Assembly: GCA_022824835.1 (NCBI GenBank)
Contig: JAJDZB010000001.1
Location: 23,318-87,317 of the forward strand
Origin: Candidatus Poribacteria bacterium
GTDB taxonomy: Bacteria; Poribacteria; WGA-4E; WGA-3G
Reading direction: 5' to 3'
Length of the DNA: 64,000 bases
The notes beneath the pieces were generated by a model. The model was not told the DNA's origin and ran no database searches. It was given only the letters and a program-made list of their open reading frames with translations. Positions 1 through 8,264 of this stretch are shown here, one piece after another. A program made the position numbers and the translations under genes. How positions within the stretch are numbered: position 1 is the stretch's first letter; every line of letters starts with the position of its first letter.

Positions 1-1075
1 AATCACAGGCTGCAATAAAGAAGGGTAGTTGATGTTCAGAGTCAGTTCCAGCGATCTGAATTGCCCCGATAGAATTACCGGTTTCAGCCATGAGAAGTGA
101 TTCGGCGTAGAATTGTCCTTGTAGGAATACGGCTGCAGGTTTTTCCCGTATCATCATGCCATCAACCCCTGCGGCATACGCGAATTGATCGGTGGTCAGG
201 AAAAATATATCGTCCTCATTGTATGCATCCGGTCTTCCTACATCAAGATAGGATGTCTTTACCATTTCACGAACAACGTTCAACACAATTGGATCATTGC
301 AGGGTACACGTAATGAAGTTTCATAGTCTGCTGTTCGCCGTGCGACCTGTCCCAGTATTGTCATGCTTGCAATTGTGGCGACATTGTCTACACCCCCTAA
401 TCCTAAGACGTAAAGAATTGACCGCCCCATCTCAGTCGCTCTACCGATGGCTTCTTCAACAGCTTCTAAACCAGGAATCCGTCTAATAAAAACCTCTCTT
501 CCACTGCGTGCATGATAGATATTCCATACGATCGCAGAAGAAAAAAGGAGCATGGCAAGGAATAGCGGTGTTTTACCTGTATGAAACCACTGTCCAGTTG
601 CTTTTACTGCAGCAGTTTGTTCAGAAGGTATATGTATTTCACTTTTAGCACCAAACATTCTCAACAGCCATCGAAGAAATCCTAATAGCGTTAAAGTTTC
701 TTCAGAATCCATAGGTGTTTCGTCAATATAAACTGCCCGGACAATGTATGCATGTGATTTTCCCTTAACTATCTTGGTATCCTTATACATGGATAGGTTT
801 GGGTTTTTTTTATCTAATATTTCCTGTGGGTTTATTTTATCAGCTATTTCCTTAAATTCTCCTGAATCAGTATTCCGTAGAACAGTATAACTTACGATTC
901 CACTTTCTTCAGGAATAGTATCCCATGTAACGGTGATACTTGTTCCATCATCATTTGGCGTGTCCTTTGCCACAACATTTGATGGTGCGACAGGTTCTTG
1001 ACTAAAAGCGTAGGTGCCGCATAGAAATAGAACTAAACAAGCAACTATCCAAAAGTTTGTTTTACTATATATCAT
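1..1075 (-). CDS. Membrane protein with N-terminal fibronectin-III-like region and DUF6754-like C-terminal domain (runs off window start)
   Basis: Not in the ORF track. Manual translation from ATG 1075 (AAGAGGA upstream): MIYSKTNFWIVACLVLFLCGTYAFSQEPVAPSNVVAKDTPNDDG...RRIPGLEAVEEAIGRATEMGR...FYAESLLMAETGNSIGAIQIAGT...LPFFIAACD. Confidence 0.75.
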   Translation of the reverse strand, partial: MIYSKTNFWIVACLVLFLCGTYAFSQEPVAPSNVVAKDTPNDDGTSITVTWDTIPEESGIVSYTVLRNTDSGEFKEIADKINPQEILDKKNPNLSMYKDTKIVKGKSHAYIVRAVYIDETPMDSEETLTLLGFLRWLLRMFGAKSEIHIPSEQTAAVKATGQWFHTGKTPLFLAMLLFSSAIVWNIYHARSGREVFIRRIPGLEAVEEAIGRATEMGRSILYVLGLGGVDNVATIASMTILGQVARRTADYETSLRVPCNDPIVLNVVREMVKTSYLDVGRPDAYNEDDIFFLTTDQFAYAAGVDGMMIREKPAAVFLQGQFYAESLLMAETGNSIGAIQIAGTDSEHQLPFFIAACD

Positions 1076-1101
1076 ATATATCCTCTTAAAAGAGTTAAAA
1101 A

Positions 1102-2190
1102 CTAATAACATTCTGAAATGGCATGAATAATTTCTTTGTCTGTAACATCATCTCGGATAACAACTTCTCCAATACGTGTAGGAAGTATGAGGCGTAACTT
1201 CCCTCCGAATGTTTTCTTATCAAGATACATTGATTGACATACTGTTTCTGGAGATAGATCAGAAGGAAAATTCAGGGGTAAATCTGCTCTTTCCAAGAGA
1301 GTCCGTTGTCTCCGGTAGTCTTTTTCGGAAAGCATGTCTAAGTTGACTGCCAACTTTGCTGCACAGTTCATGCCGATAGAGACGGCTTCACCGTGTCTAT
1401 ATCTATTATATTCAGTGAGTGCTTCAAGTGCATGACCAAAGGTATGTCCATAGTTCAGGACCATCCGTAAGTGACTTTCTTTTTCATCTTTTGCTACTAT
1501 ATCCGCTTTGTTAGCACATGCGTTTGAAATCATCTCAATCAGAATCTCAGCGTCCAATTTCAGGATTACATCAAGGTTTTCCTCTACCAATTCAAACAGT
1601 GACACATCCCGTATCACCCCCATTTTTATGACTTCAATTAATCCTGCTTTGATATCTCGTTTGGGTAAGGTTTCCAACGTATTAATATCAATGACGACTA
1701 ATTTGGGTTGATGAAATGTGCCAATAAGATTCTTACCTTTAGGATGATTGATTGCAGTTTTACCGCCAACACTTGCATCAACTTGTGCTTGTAAAGTTGT
1801 TGGAATTTGTACATAAGCGATACCCCGCATAAAGATAGAAGCTGCGAATCCACTTAAATCTCCGATGACACCGCCCCCAATGGCAATAAGCACAGAACGT
1901 CTGTCAAGATGCGAATCAATTAGTGCATCTAATATCCGATTTAACTGTGTAACGGATTTGCTCTCCTCACCACCAGGGATCGCAAGCACAGAAACATCAT
2001 ATCCGTCCCTGCGTAAATTCTGTTTGACGGTGGGTGTAATATGTTGATTGACAACAGAATCACTGACGATAAAGACCTTTTCCGATTTTGTATACGTGTT
2101 AAGAAAAAAACCGATACGGTCAATAAGTCCTGTACCGACGAGAAGTGGATAGCTGTTTTCTTTTAGTGCAACTTCAAGTGTTTTTAACAT
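1102..2190 (-). CDS. aroB: 3-dehydroquinate synthase
   Basis: Motifs GGGVIGDLSGF, PTTL-AQVDASVGGKTAIN, KNLIGTFHQP, LNYGHTFGHALE, HGEAV. Start taken at ATG 2190. Confidence 0.97.
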   Translation of the reverse strand: MLKTLEVALKENSYPLLVGTGLIDRIGFFLNTYTKSEKVFIVSDSVVNQHITPTVKQNLRRDGYDVSVLAIPGGEESKSVTQLNRILDALIDSHLDRRSVLIAIGGGVIGDLSGFAASIFMRGIAYVQIPTTLQAQVDASVGGKTAINHPKGKNLIGTFHQPKLVVIDINTLETLPKRDIKAGLIEVIKMGVIRDVSLFELVEENLDVILKLDAEILIEMISNACANKADIVAKDEKESHLRMVLNYGHTFGHALEALTEYNRYRHGEAVSIGMNCAAKLAVNLDMLSEKDYRRQRTLLERADLPLNFPSDLSPETVCQSMYLDKKTFGGKLRLILPTRIGEVVIRDDVTDKEIIHAISECY

Positions 2191-2197
2191 ATTATCA

Positions 2198-2761
2198 TCA
2201 CGCGTGCTTTTTGTTGGGTGATTTCCGACGTAATGCATCTCTATAGAAAATGCCTTTGATACGAGAAATTATCTCGTCAAAGGACTTACCTGTCGTGTTT
2301 ATCATATAATCGGCTTTTGCGTAATATGGATTTCGTTCTGCTAACATCGTTCGTATTGTGTCCATTGCATCGGGTGTTTGCAGTAAGGGACGGTGTGTAT
2401 GGTGACTGACACGTTTGAAGATTTCTTCTGGTGTAGCTGTCAGACAGAAAACCACGCCATTCTCTTTTAGTCTGGATACATTAGTTTCCCTTAGGACAAC
2501 TCCCCCACCAGTGGAGATAACATAATTGGCGTAATTTGATACTTTGTTAACCGCTTCAGTTTCAAGTTGACGAAAAACTTCTTCACCGTCTTCATCAAAA
2601 ATATCGGTGATAGGTCGTTGGCTTTGCCGTTCAATAACTGTGTCAATATCAACATAACGCATCCGCAACTGGGCAGAAAGTCGCTTACCTACAGAGGACT
2701 TACCTGTACCCATAAAACCGATGAGAACTATATTTGGTTGCTTTTGAAACGAACGTTTCAC
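2198..2761 (-). CDS. aroK: Shikimate kinase
   Basis: P-loop GFMGTGKS, GEEVFRQLE, STGGGVV, RPLL; directly upstream of aroB. Confidence 0.97.
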   Translation of the reverse strand: MKRSFQKQPNIVLIGFMGTGKSSVGKRLSAQLRMRYVDIDTVIERQSQRPITDIFDEDGEEVFRQLETEAVNKVSNYANYVISTGGGVVLRETNVSRLKENGVVFCLTATPEEIFKRVSHHTHRPLLQTPDAMDTIRTMLAERNPYYAKADYMINTTGKSFDEIISRIKGIFYRDALRRKSPNKKHA

Positions 2762-2817
2762 CTTTCTTTTTACCTTTCACAGCTATCTGCTATCAATAAC
2801 GAAGTTAAAGTTTTAAA

Positions 2818-2896
2818 TTGGGTAATATTTTATTTGTCCCAGACCCGGTAGGTGCGGTTTCCTAACCGCACTGGGTATCTCCACGAATTACCCAAA
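2818..2896. repeat. GTAG-type REP-like palindrome nested in an outer inverted repeat
   Basis: GTAGGTGCGGTTTCCTAACCGCAC hairpin flanked by TTGGGTAAT (2818) and ATTACCCAA (2888). Confidence 0.7.
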
Positions 2897-3057
2897 TAAT
2901 TATTTAAACCTCATAAATTGAGAGCTCGTGATTTTATAGATGTTTTGTATTATACCATTTTCCAAGATTAAAGTAAAGGTTTTGCAGAAGATTTTTACTC
3001 ATGCTATAATGCAACATCAAGTCGTCTAAAAAAGACATAAACAAAGGAACAGAATAG

Positions 3058-3654
3058 ATGCCACGTCAACTTAGAATGGTGAGACCTGATCTGAAAGACC
3101 TACCAGACATAGAACTTCCTAAGGAATACAATTTGCGTACATACTGCAAAGGTGATGCGTTACATTGGGCAAACATTATCACGGATTCGTTTGGCGGTAA
3201 AGCACGCACAGTAGAAGACACACGGCGGGAGATTATTGACAGAGATGTTTTTGATCCAGATGGACTCTTCTTTGTGACATATAACAACATACCCGTAGGT
3301 ACCGCTTGTTCATGGCGGCAATCCATTCATGAGACACAAGTAGGATATGTTCACATGGTTGGTGTATTAGGTGAACATACAGGAAAAAAACTGGGGAGAT
3401 GGGTTTCGCTTGCTGTGCTCCATTTCTTTAAAGATAGCGGTTTTATCTGTGCCATGCTGGATACGGATGATTTTCGTTTCCCTGCTATTAAGACCTATCT
3501 GAATTTAGGTTTCTTACCGGTTTATGTTGACGATACACAATCTGAAAGGTGGAAGAACATCTGCATTAAAATGAACATTCCCTCAATGTCAAAGCAGATA
3601 GAACATCTCAAAGAATCCTTTCCACCAGAATTATGGGAGAAGGTCTGTCAGTAG
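3058..3654 (+). CDS. GNAT family N-acetyltransferase
   Basis: Acetyl-CoA motif VGVLGEHTGKKLGR and PAIKTYLNLGF; TGcTATAAT upstream at about 3002. Confidence 0.85.
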   Translation: MPRQLRMVRPDLKDLPDIELPKEYNLRTYCKGDALHWANIITDSFGGKARTVEDTRREIIDRDVFDPDGLFFVTYNNIPVGTACSWRQSIHETQVGYVHMVGVLGEHTGKKLGRWVSLAVLHFFKDSGFICAMLDTDDFRFPAIKTYLNLGFLPVYVDDTQSERWKNICIKMNIPSMSKQIEHLKESFPPELWEKVCQ

Positions 3655-3737
3655 TGTCAAATCTGAAGAGGATGGAAGAGGAAAGGGTGGAAGGATGGAA
3701 GAGGGGTTTGGCTAAAATCAACCCATATTGTGAAAGT

Positions 3738-3832
3738 CCGGTAGGTTCGGTTTCCTAACCGAACCATTGGCGTCAATTTAACGAAATACGAAAGTGATAA
3801 TACCCCAGGCCGGTAGGTTCGGTTTCCTAACC
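3738..3832. repeat. Two further REP-like copies, CCGGTAGGTTCGGTTTCCTAACC(GAACC)
   Basis: Near-identical to the copy near 2848; copies at about 3738 and 3810, preceded by a GGAAG-rich tract (3665-3706). Confidence 0.7.
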
Positions 3833-4373
3833 AATTCAGAATACCAAACGCGTATTCTGACAGATCCTTCGCTAAAACCTTTATGAACACACTTTATGAA
3901 CACAATTGGCACAAACCCGATGAAGTTTAAGTAAATAGTTTCAGGTTTTGCCAGAAGACTTTTAATCATGTAAATACTTCAACCCGCATCAGACTGTCTT
4001 GAGGTATAAAGACGCTAAACTTAGCCTATTCTAAACTGGATGCGGGTATATGTAGTCCTCTCTCCTTCTGCTCATTGAAACCCCATTGAATAAAAATATT
4101 ATGTGACATTTTCTCTATTTGTTGCATAAATAGCTTGACTTTTGCTGAAAATATGTAACTGTTTTAGTGATGTATAGAAATATATCAGATTAACTTGATT
4201 AACATTCTGAATTGACTTAAAATAATTTATTGCATTCACCAATTATCTAAGTTTGCGTTGAGTTGATTGGTATATGAAGAACTGTCTATTTTTAGCGAAA
4301 GTGCGGTGTGTATTTCTACACGTTCTTCTCAGGTGATTTCACAGCAACGTGTAAAATGTTGATAACGAAGTAA

Positions 4374-4510
4374 TTGTCTGAACCGGGATTTACATGATAA
4401 TAGGATTTTCAAGATAAAAATCCACATCATCAAGATAAACAAAAATGTCAACTATTTCTAATTTAGCTGATTGTACCAATCTCTTATCCTGTAAATCCTG
4501 TAAATCCTGG
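4374..4510. repeat. Degenerate MITE-like element (TTGTCTGAACC-GGATTT ... AAATCCTG family)
   Basis: Same left end and AAATCCTG repeats as the element at 6983-7140. Confidence 0.5.
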
Positions 4511-4572
4511 TCGCATTTTGGGATTGACGAAAATTGATGAAAACACGTAGATAAACAACCGAAGGAGGTTAT

Positions 4573-6333
4573 ATGATGAAGAAAACACAGTTTTATTTTA
4601 TGCTGGTACTGCCTTTACTATTGACAACTCTTTTACCAATGAGTTTTGCCCAAGATTATACAACATGGCATTTACCTGAAGGTGCAACAGCACGCCTTGG
4701 TAAAGGTCACATCAATGAAATCGCATATTCACCAGATAGCACACGGTTGGCAGTTGCAAGTTCTATCGGTATCTGGATTTACGATGCGGAGACTGGCGAA
4801 GAACTTGACCTTTTCATAGGGCATACGGATGATGTCAGAAGCGTATCTTTTAGTCCGGATGGACAGGTGCTCGCAAGTGGGAGTGGGGACAGCACCATTC
4901 GTCTGTGGGATGCAAACACGGGTAAACATCTACGCACACTCACAGGGCATGCGCGTCATGTCTTTAGCATGTCTTTTAGTCCTGATGGTCAGACGCTCGC
5001 AAGTGGGGGTGAGGACAGAACCATTCGTTTGTGGGATGTGAACACGGGTAGACATGTTCGCACACTCACAGGGCACACGGGTATGGTCTTTAGCGTAGCG
5101 TTTAGTCTTGATGGAAACACACTCGCAAGTGGGGATGGTTACGGCGGTGACAACACCATCATTCTATGGGATGCCAACACAGGTAGACACATCCGTACGC
5201 TCACAGGACATACCGATGAAGTCCTAAGCGTCTCTTTTAGTCCTGATGGAAACACAATCGCAAGTGCAAGTGATGACGACACCATCCGTCTGTGGGATGC
5301 AAACACGGGTAAAAATATCCGCACACTCACAGGGCATACCGATGGGGTCTCGAGAGTAGCGTTCTCTCCTGATGGGCAGACACTGGCAAGTAGAAGTTGG
5401 GACAAGACCATCCGTCTGTGGGATGCAAACACGGGTATACATATACGCACTCTAATAGGACATACCGATCCGGTCAATAGTGTCTCGTTTAGTCCGGATG
5501 GTCAGATGCTCGCAAGTGGAAGTACGGACGATACCATCCGTCTGTGGGATGTCAACACGGGTAGTTATATCGGCCCACTTGAGGGGCATACGGATCCGGT
5601 CAAAAGCGTATCGTTTAGTCATGATGGGCAGACACTGGCAAGTGGAAGTTGGGACAAGACCATTCGTTTTTGGGATGCCAACACCGGTAGACTCCTTCCC
5701 ACGCTCACCAGTCATACGGAATCGGTCGAAAGCGTCTCGTTTAGTCATGATGGGCAGGTGCTCGCAAGTGGGAGTGATGACGAAACCATCCGTCTGTGGA
5801 ATGCCAACACGGGTAGATATATACGCACACTCACAGGGCATACGAGTTCGGTCAGAAGCGTCTCGTTTAGTCCGGATGGTCAGACGCTCGCAAGTGGGAG
5901 TGATGACGAAACCATCCGTCTGTGGAATGCCAACACGGGTAGGCATATCCGCACACTCACAGAGAATAGGGGTTTGGTCATTAGTGTGTCTTTTAGTCCT
6001 GATGGGAAGACACTCGCAAGTGGAAGTAATGACCGGACCGTCCGGTTGTGGGATGTAAACACAGGCAGACACATACGCACGCTTTCAGGGCATATAGGTG
6101 AAGTCTTAAGTATCTCCTTTAGTCCTGATGGTAGCACACTGGCAAGTGGGAGTGGTGAACTTGACAGAACCATCCGGTTATGGGATGTCAACACAGGTAG
6201 ACATATCCGCACACTTTCAGGGCATACGGATTGGGTCCGAAGCGTTGCGTTTAGTCCGGATGGTCAGACGCTCGCAAGTGGGAGTGAGGATGGCACGGTG
6301 CTATTGTGGAACCTTGATCCCCGTACCCCGTAA
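4573..6333 (+). CDS. Secreted WD40-repeat beta-propeller protein (stops before its dockerin-like/FlgD-like tail)
   Basis: Signal peptide, LPEGATARLGKG motif, about 13 regular GH...SVSFSPDG..LASGS.D.TIRLWD repeats; GGAGGT RBS. Confidence 0.92.
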   Translation: MMKKTQFYFMLVLPLLLTTLLPMSFAQDYTTWHLPEGATARLGKGHINEIAYSPDSTRLAVASSIGIWIYDAETGEELDLFIGHTDDVRSVSFSPDGQVLASGSGDSTIRLWDANTGKHLRTLTGHARHVFSMSFSPDGQTLASGGEDRTIRLWDVNTGRHVRTLTGHTGMVFSVAFSLDGNTLASGDGYGGDNTIILWDANTGRHIRTLTGHTDEVLSVSFSPDGNTIASASDDDTIRLWDANTGKNIRTLTGHTDGVSRVAFSPDGQTLASRSWDKTIRLWDANTGIHIRTLIGHTDPVNSVSFSPDGQMLASGSTDDTIRLWDVNTGSYIGPLEGHTDPVKSVSFSHDGQTLASGSWDKTIRFWDANTGRLLPTLTSHTESVESVSFSHDGQVLASGSDDETIRLWNANTGRYIRTLTGHTSSVRSVSFSPDGQTLASGSDDETIRLWNANTGRHIRTLTENRGLVISVSFSPDGKTLASGSNDRTVRLWDVNTGRHIRTLSGHIGEVLSISFSPDGSTLASGSGELDRTIRLWDVNTGRHIRTLSGHTDWVRSVAFSPDGQTLASGSEDGTVLLWNLDPRTP

Positions 6334-6948
6334 CTCCCCGAAGATGTGAATGACGACGGTCTCGTCAACATTGTTGACTCTGACCCTTGTTGCTTCTAAT
6401 TTCGTGAAAACAGGACAGAACGATGCCGATGTCAACGGAGATGGAGTTGTTAATATCGTTGATCTGACGCTTGTTGCAGCAGCATTTTGCAATACTGCGG
6501 GTGCTCCTATTGCGTTAGATCGCGATTCGGAGATCGCTCCTACAAGAGTGGATGTCAAAGCATGTCTGCGTGAAGCACGGCAGCTAAATCTTGTCGATCC
6601 CACTTTCCAACGCGGGATTGTCGTATTGGAACAACTTTTGGCAGCAGTAACGCCAAAAGAGACGTTGCTTTTGCCGAACTATCCAAATCCATTCAACCCT
6701 GAGACCTGGATACCTTATCAGTTGGCACGCCTGCTGATGTGAGTATATCCATCTATGCTGCTGATGGGAAGTTGGTGAAGACATTAAATATAGGACTTCA
6801 ACAAGTTGGTAGTTATATGTCTCAATCCCAAGCTGCATATTGGGATGGGAAAAATGAAAATGGTGAGTCTGTGGCGAGTGGTGTGTATTTTTATACACTC
6901 ACCTCAGGTGATTTCACCGCATCACGGAAAATGTCAATATTGACATAA
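6334..6948 (+). pseudogene. Disrupted dockerin-like plus FlgD-Ig-like C-terminal tail of the upstream WD40 gene
   Basis: After TAA 6331-6333 the frame continues LPEDVNDDGLVNIVD. A frameshift near 6378 gives LTLVASNF...DVNGDGVVNIVDL...NYPNPFNPETWIPYQLA. A second frameshift near 6729 gives ...WDGKNENGESVASGVYFYTL. Confidence 0.8.
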
Positions 6949-6960
6949 TTCACCAACACC

Positions 6961-7323
6961 GGGTGTGTAAGGTTCTGGTTACTTGTCTGAACCTGGATTT
7001 ACTGAATTTTAGGATTTTCAGGATAAGAGGTATCTTCTCGAATTCTATTCATCTGAAAAGTCAAGATTTTACGTTTCATCTAATCGCGGGAGTCTTATCC
7101 TGGTCAAATCTGGAAATCCTGAGAATCCTGGTTCAGACAAGCATCAGAACGAGTGTGTAAAATTATTGGCACCTTTTTTGTCAGAATCCTTACGCGTCCG
7201 TTTATGTACATAGCACTCCGCTGGAGTGCAGCCTGTTGACAATACTTTTCTATAGACATATTGCTCCGCTGGAGCAAGGGATCAGCGATCCTTTTTCTTC
7301 AGTGACAAAATACTTACACACCC
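6961..7323. mobile_element. Nested MITE/REP-like non-coding element
   Basis: Outer perfect 11-bp inverted repeat GGGTGTGTAAG (6961) / CTTACACACCC (7313-7323). Inner 17-bp inverted repeat with 1 mismatch, TTGTCTGAACCTGGATT (6983) / AATCCTGGTTCAGACAA (ends 7140). Two CTCCGCTGGAG hairpins at about 7215 and 7264. Confidence 0.55.
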
Positions 7324-7338
7324 AACAATACAATTTTC

Positions 7339-7367
7339 TTGACACTTTTTCAGATTTCTGCTATTAT
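7339..7367 (+). promoter_or_regulatory. Sigma70-type promoter of the yqiJ-like/flotillin operon
   Basis: TTGACA, 17 bp, TATTAT with TGn extended -10. Confidence 0.6.
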
Positions 7368-7441
7368 ATGTTATAAGAATAAGACAAAAGCGTTATTGGG
7401 ACCTCTACCTAATTAACTTAGCATAACGCCAGAGGTAAAAA

Positions 7442-8209
7442 ATGGGTTTTTGGAATTATCTAACTGTAACATATAATGTATGGTTTACTGCACCACTTGC
7501 TGTTGTGTTTCTGTTTGCTATCTTTCGGCTTATCCTCGGTGGCCTGGACTTCGGGGATGCTGATGTAGATGCAGACGTTGATGCTGACGTAGACTTTGAT
7601 GTAGACGCTGACGTAGACTTTGACGTTGATGCTGATGTTGACATTGACGTTGATGCTGACGTAGACGTTGACGTTGATGCTGACATTGATGCGGATACAG
7701 AAGTCAGTACTGATACCGGATCAGGTGTAAGTGGCAATATATTTGCCGACGTATTGGGATTTCTGAACATTGGAAGAGTGCCTTTTATGATAGTGGTGAT
7801 GACACTCTTTACGTCGTGGAGTTTCACCGGTCTGATTGTCAATGAAATCCTTGATGTCAAGGCTGCTTCAGGTCTATTCTTTTGGATATCTTGTTCGGCT
7901 GCGCTTGTTTGTAGTATTTTAGGAACTTGATACCTATCCCTTACACTTTCAAAGATTTTTCCGGAAAGCGATCCTCCCACACAGGACCTTCACCTACTCG
8001 GATTACAAGGAAGAGTGGTTAGCGGTCAAATCACTTCAACATTCGGCACAGCACGGGTTCAAGTTCCTGATGGTCATACGTTAACAGTAAAATGTCGCGT
8101 CAAACAAGGTGAACCCAATCCAGTAAAGGGAGATATTGTAATTCTAATCGGCTATGATCCTGAGAAACGCATATTTGATGTGAAATCTATAGAAGCGGTA
8201 TTATCGTAA
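7442..8209 (+). pseudogene. YqiJ/NfeD-like flotillin partner (membrane region, Asp-rich linker, OB fold) interrupted by an in-frame TGA
   Basis: ORFs 7442-7930 and 8015-8209 are in the same frame, separated only by TGA 7928-7930 (LGT*YLSLTLSKIFPE...GLQGRVVSGQITSTFGTARV). Contains LNIGRVPFMIV and lies upstream of flotillin. Confidence 0.75.
7556..7697 (+). repeat. Coding low-complexity (D-A/V/F/I)n tandem repeat
   Basis: Repeated GAT/GAC-GCT/GTT/GTA units encoding DADVDADVDFDVDAD... Confidence 0.85.
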
Positions 8210-8264
8210 ATCAGCATAAACTAATATTAACCGAATACTAAATATAATAAAGGAGATATGGAAA

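Noticed and set aside
97-486. 129-aa plus-strand ORF
   Set aside because: Antisense to the well-supported minus-strand CDS at 1-1075.
2846-3832. Repeated palindromes as a CRISPR array
   Set aside because: Only three irregularly spaced copies, no uniform spacers and no cas genes.
3982-4047. ACCCGCATC...GATGCGGGT inverted repeat as an ncRNA
   Set aside because: A single 9-bp stem with a long loop and no other support.
4573-6333. Diversity-generating retroelement acting on WD40 or TPR repeats
   Set aside because: No reverse transcriptase in the window and no template/variable repeat pair with adenine-specific differences was seen.
4729-6349. Long antisense and alternate-frame ORFs over WD40 genes (also over flotillin, pnp and the TPR gene)
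   Set aside because: Shadow ORFs produced by repetitive coding sequence; no independent motifs.
7928-7975. In-frame TGA as selenocysteine or an alternative genetic code
   Set aside because: No SECIS-like hairpin is evident after it, the context is not a redox motif, and TGA ends many intact genes here (e.g. rpsO, flotillin).
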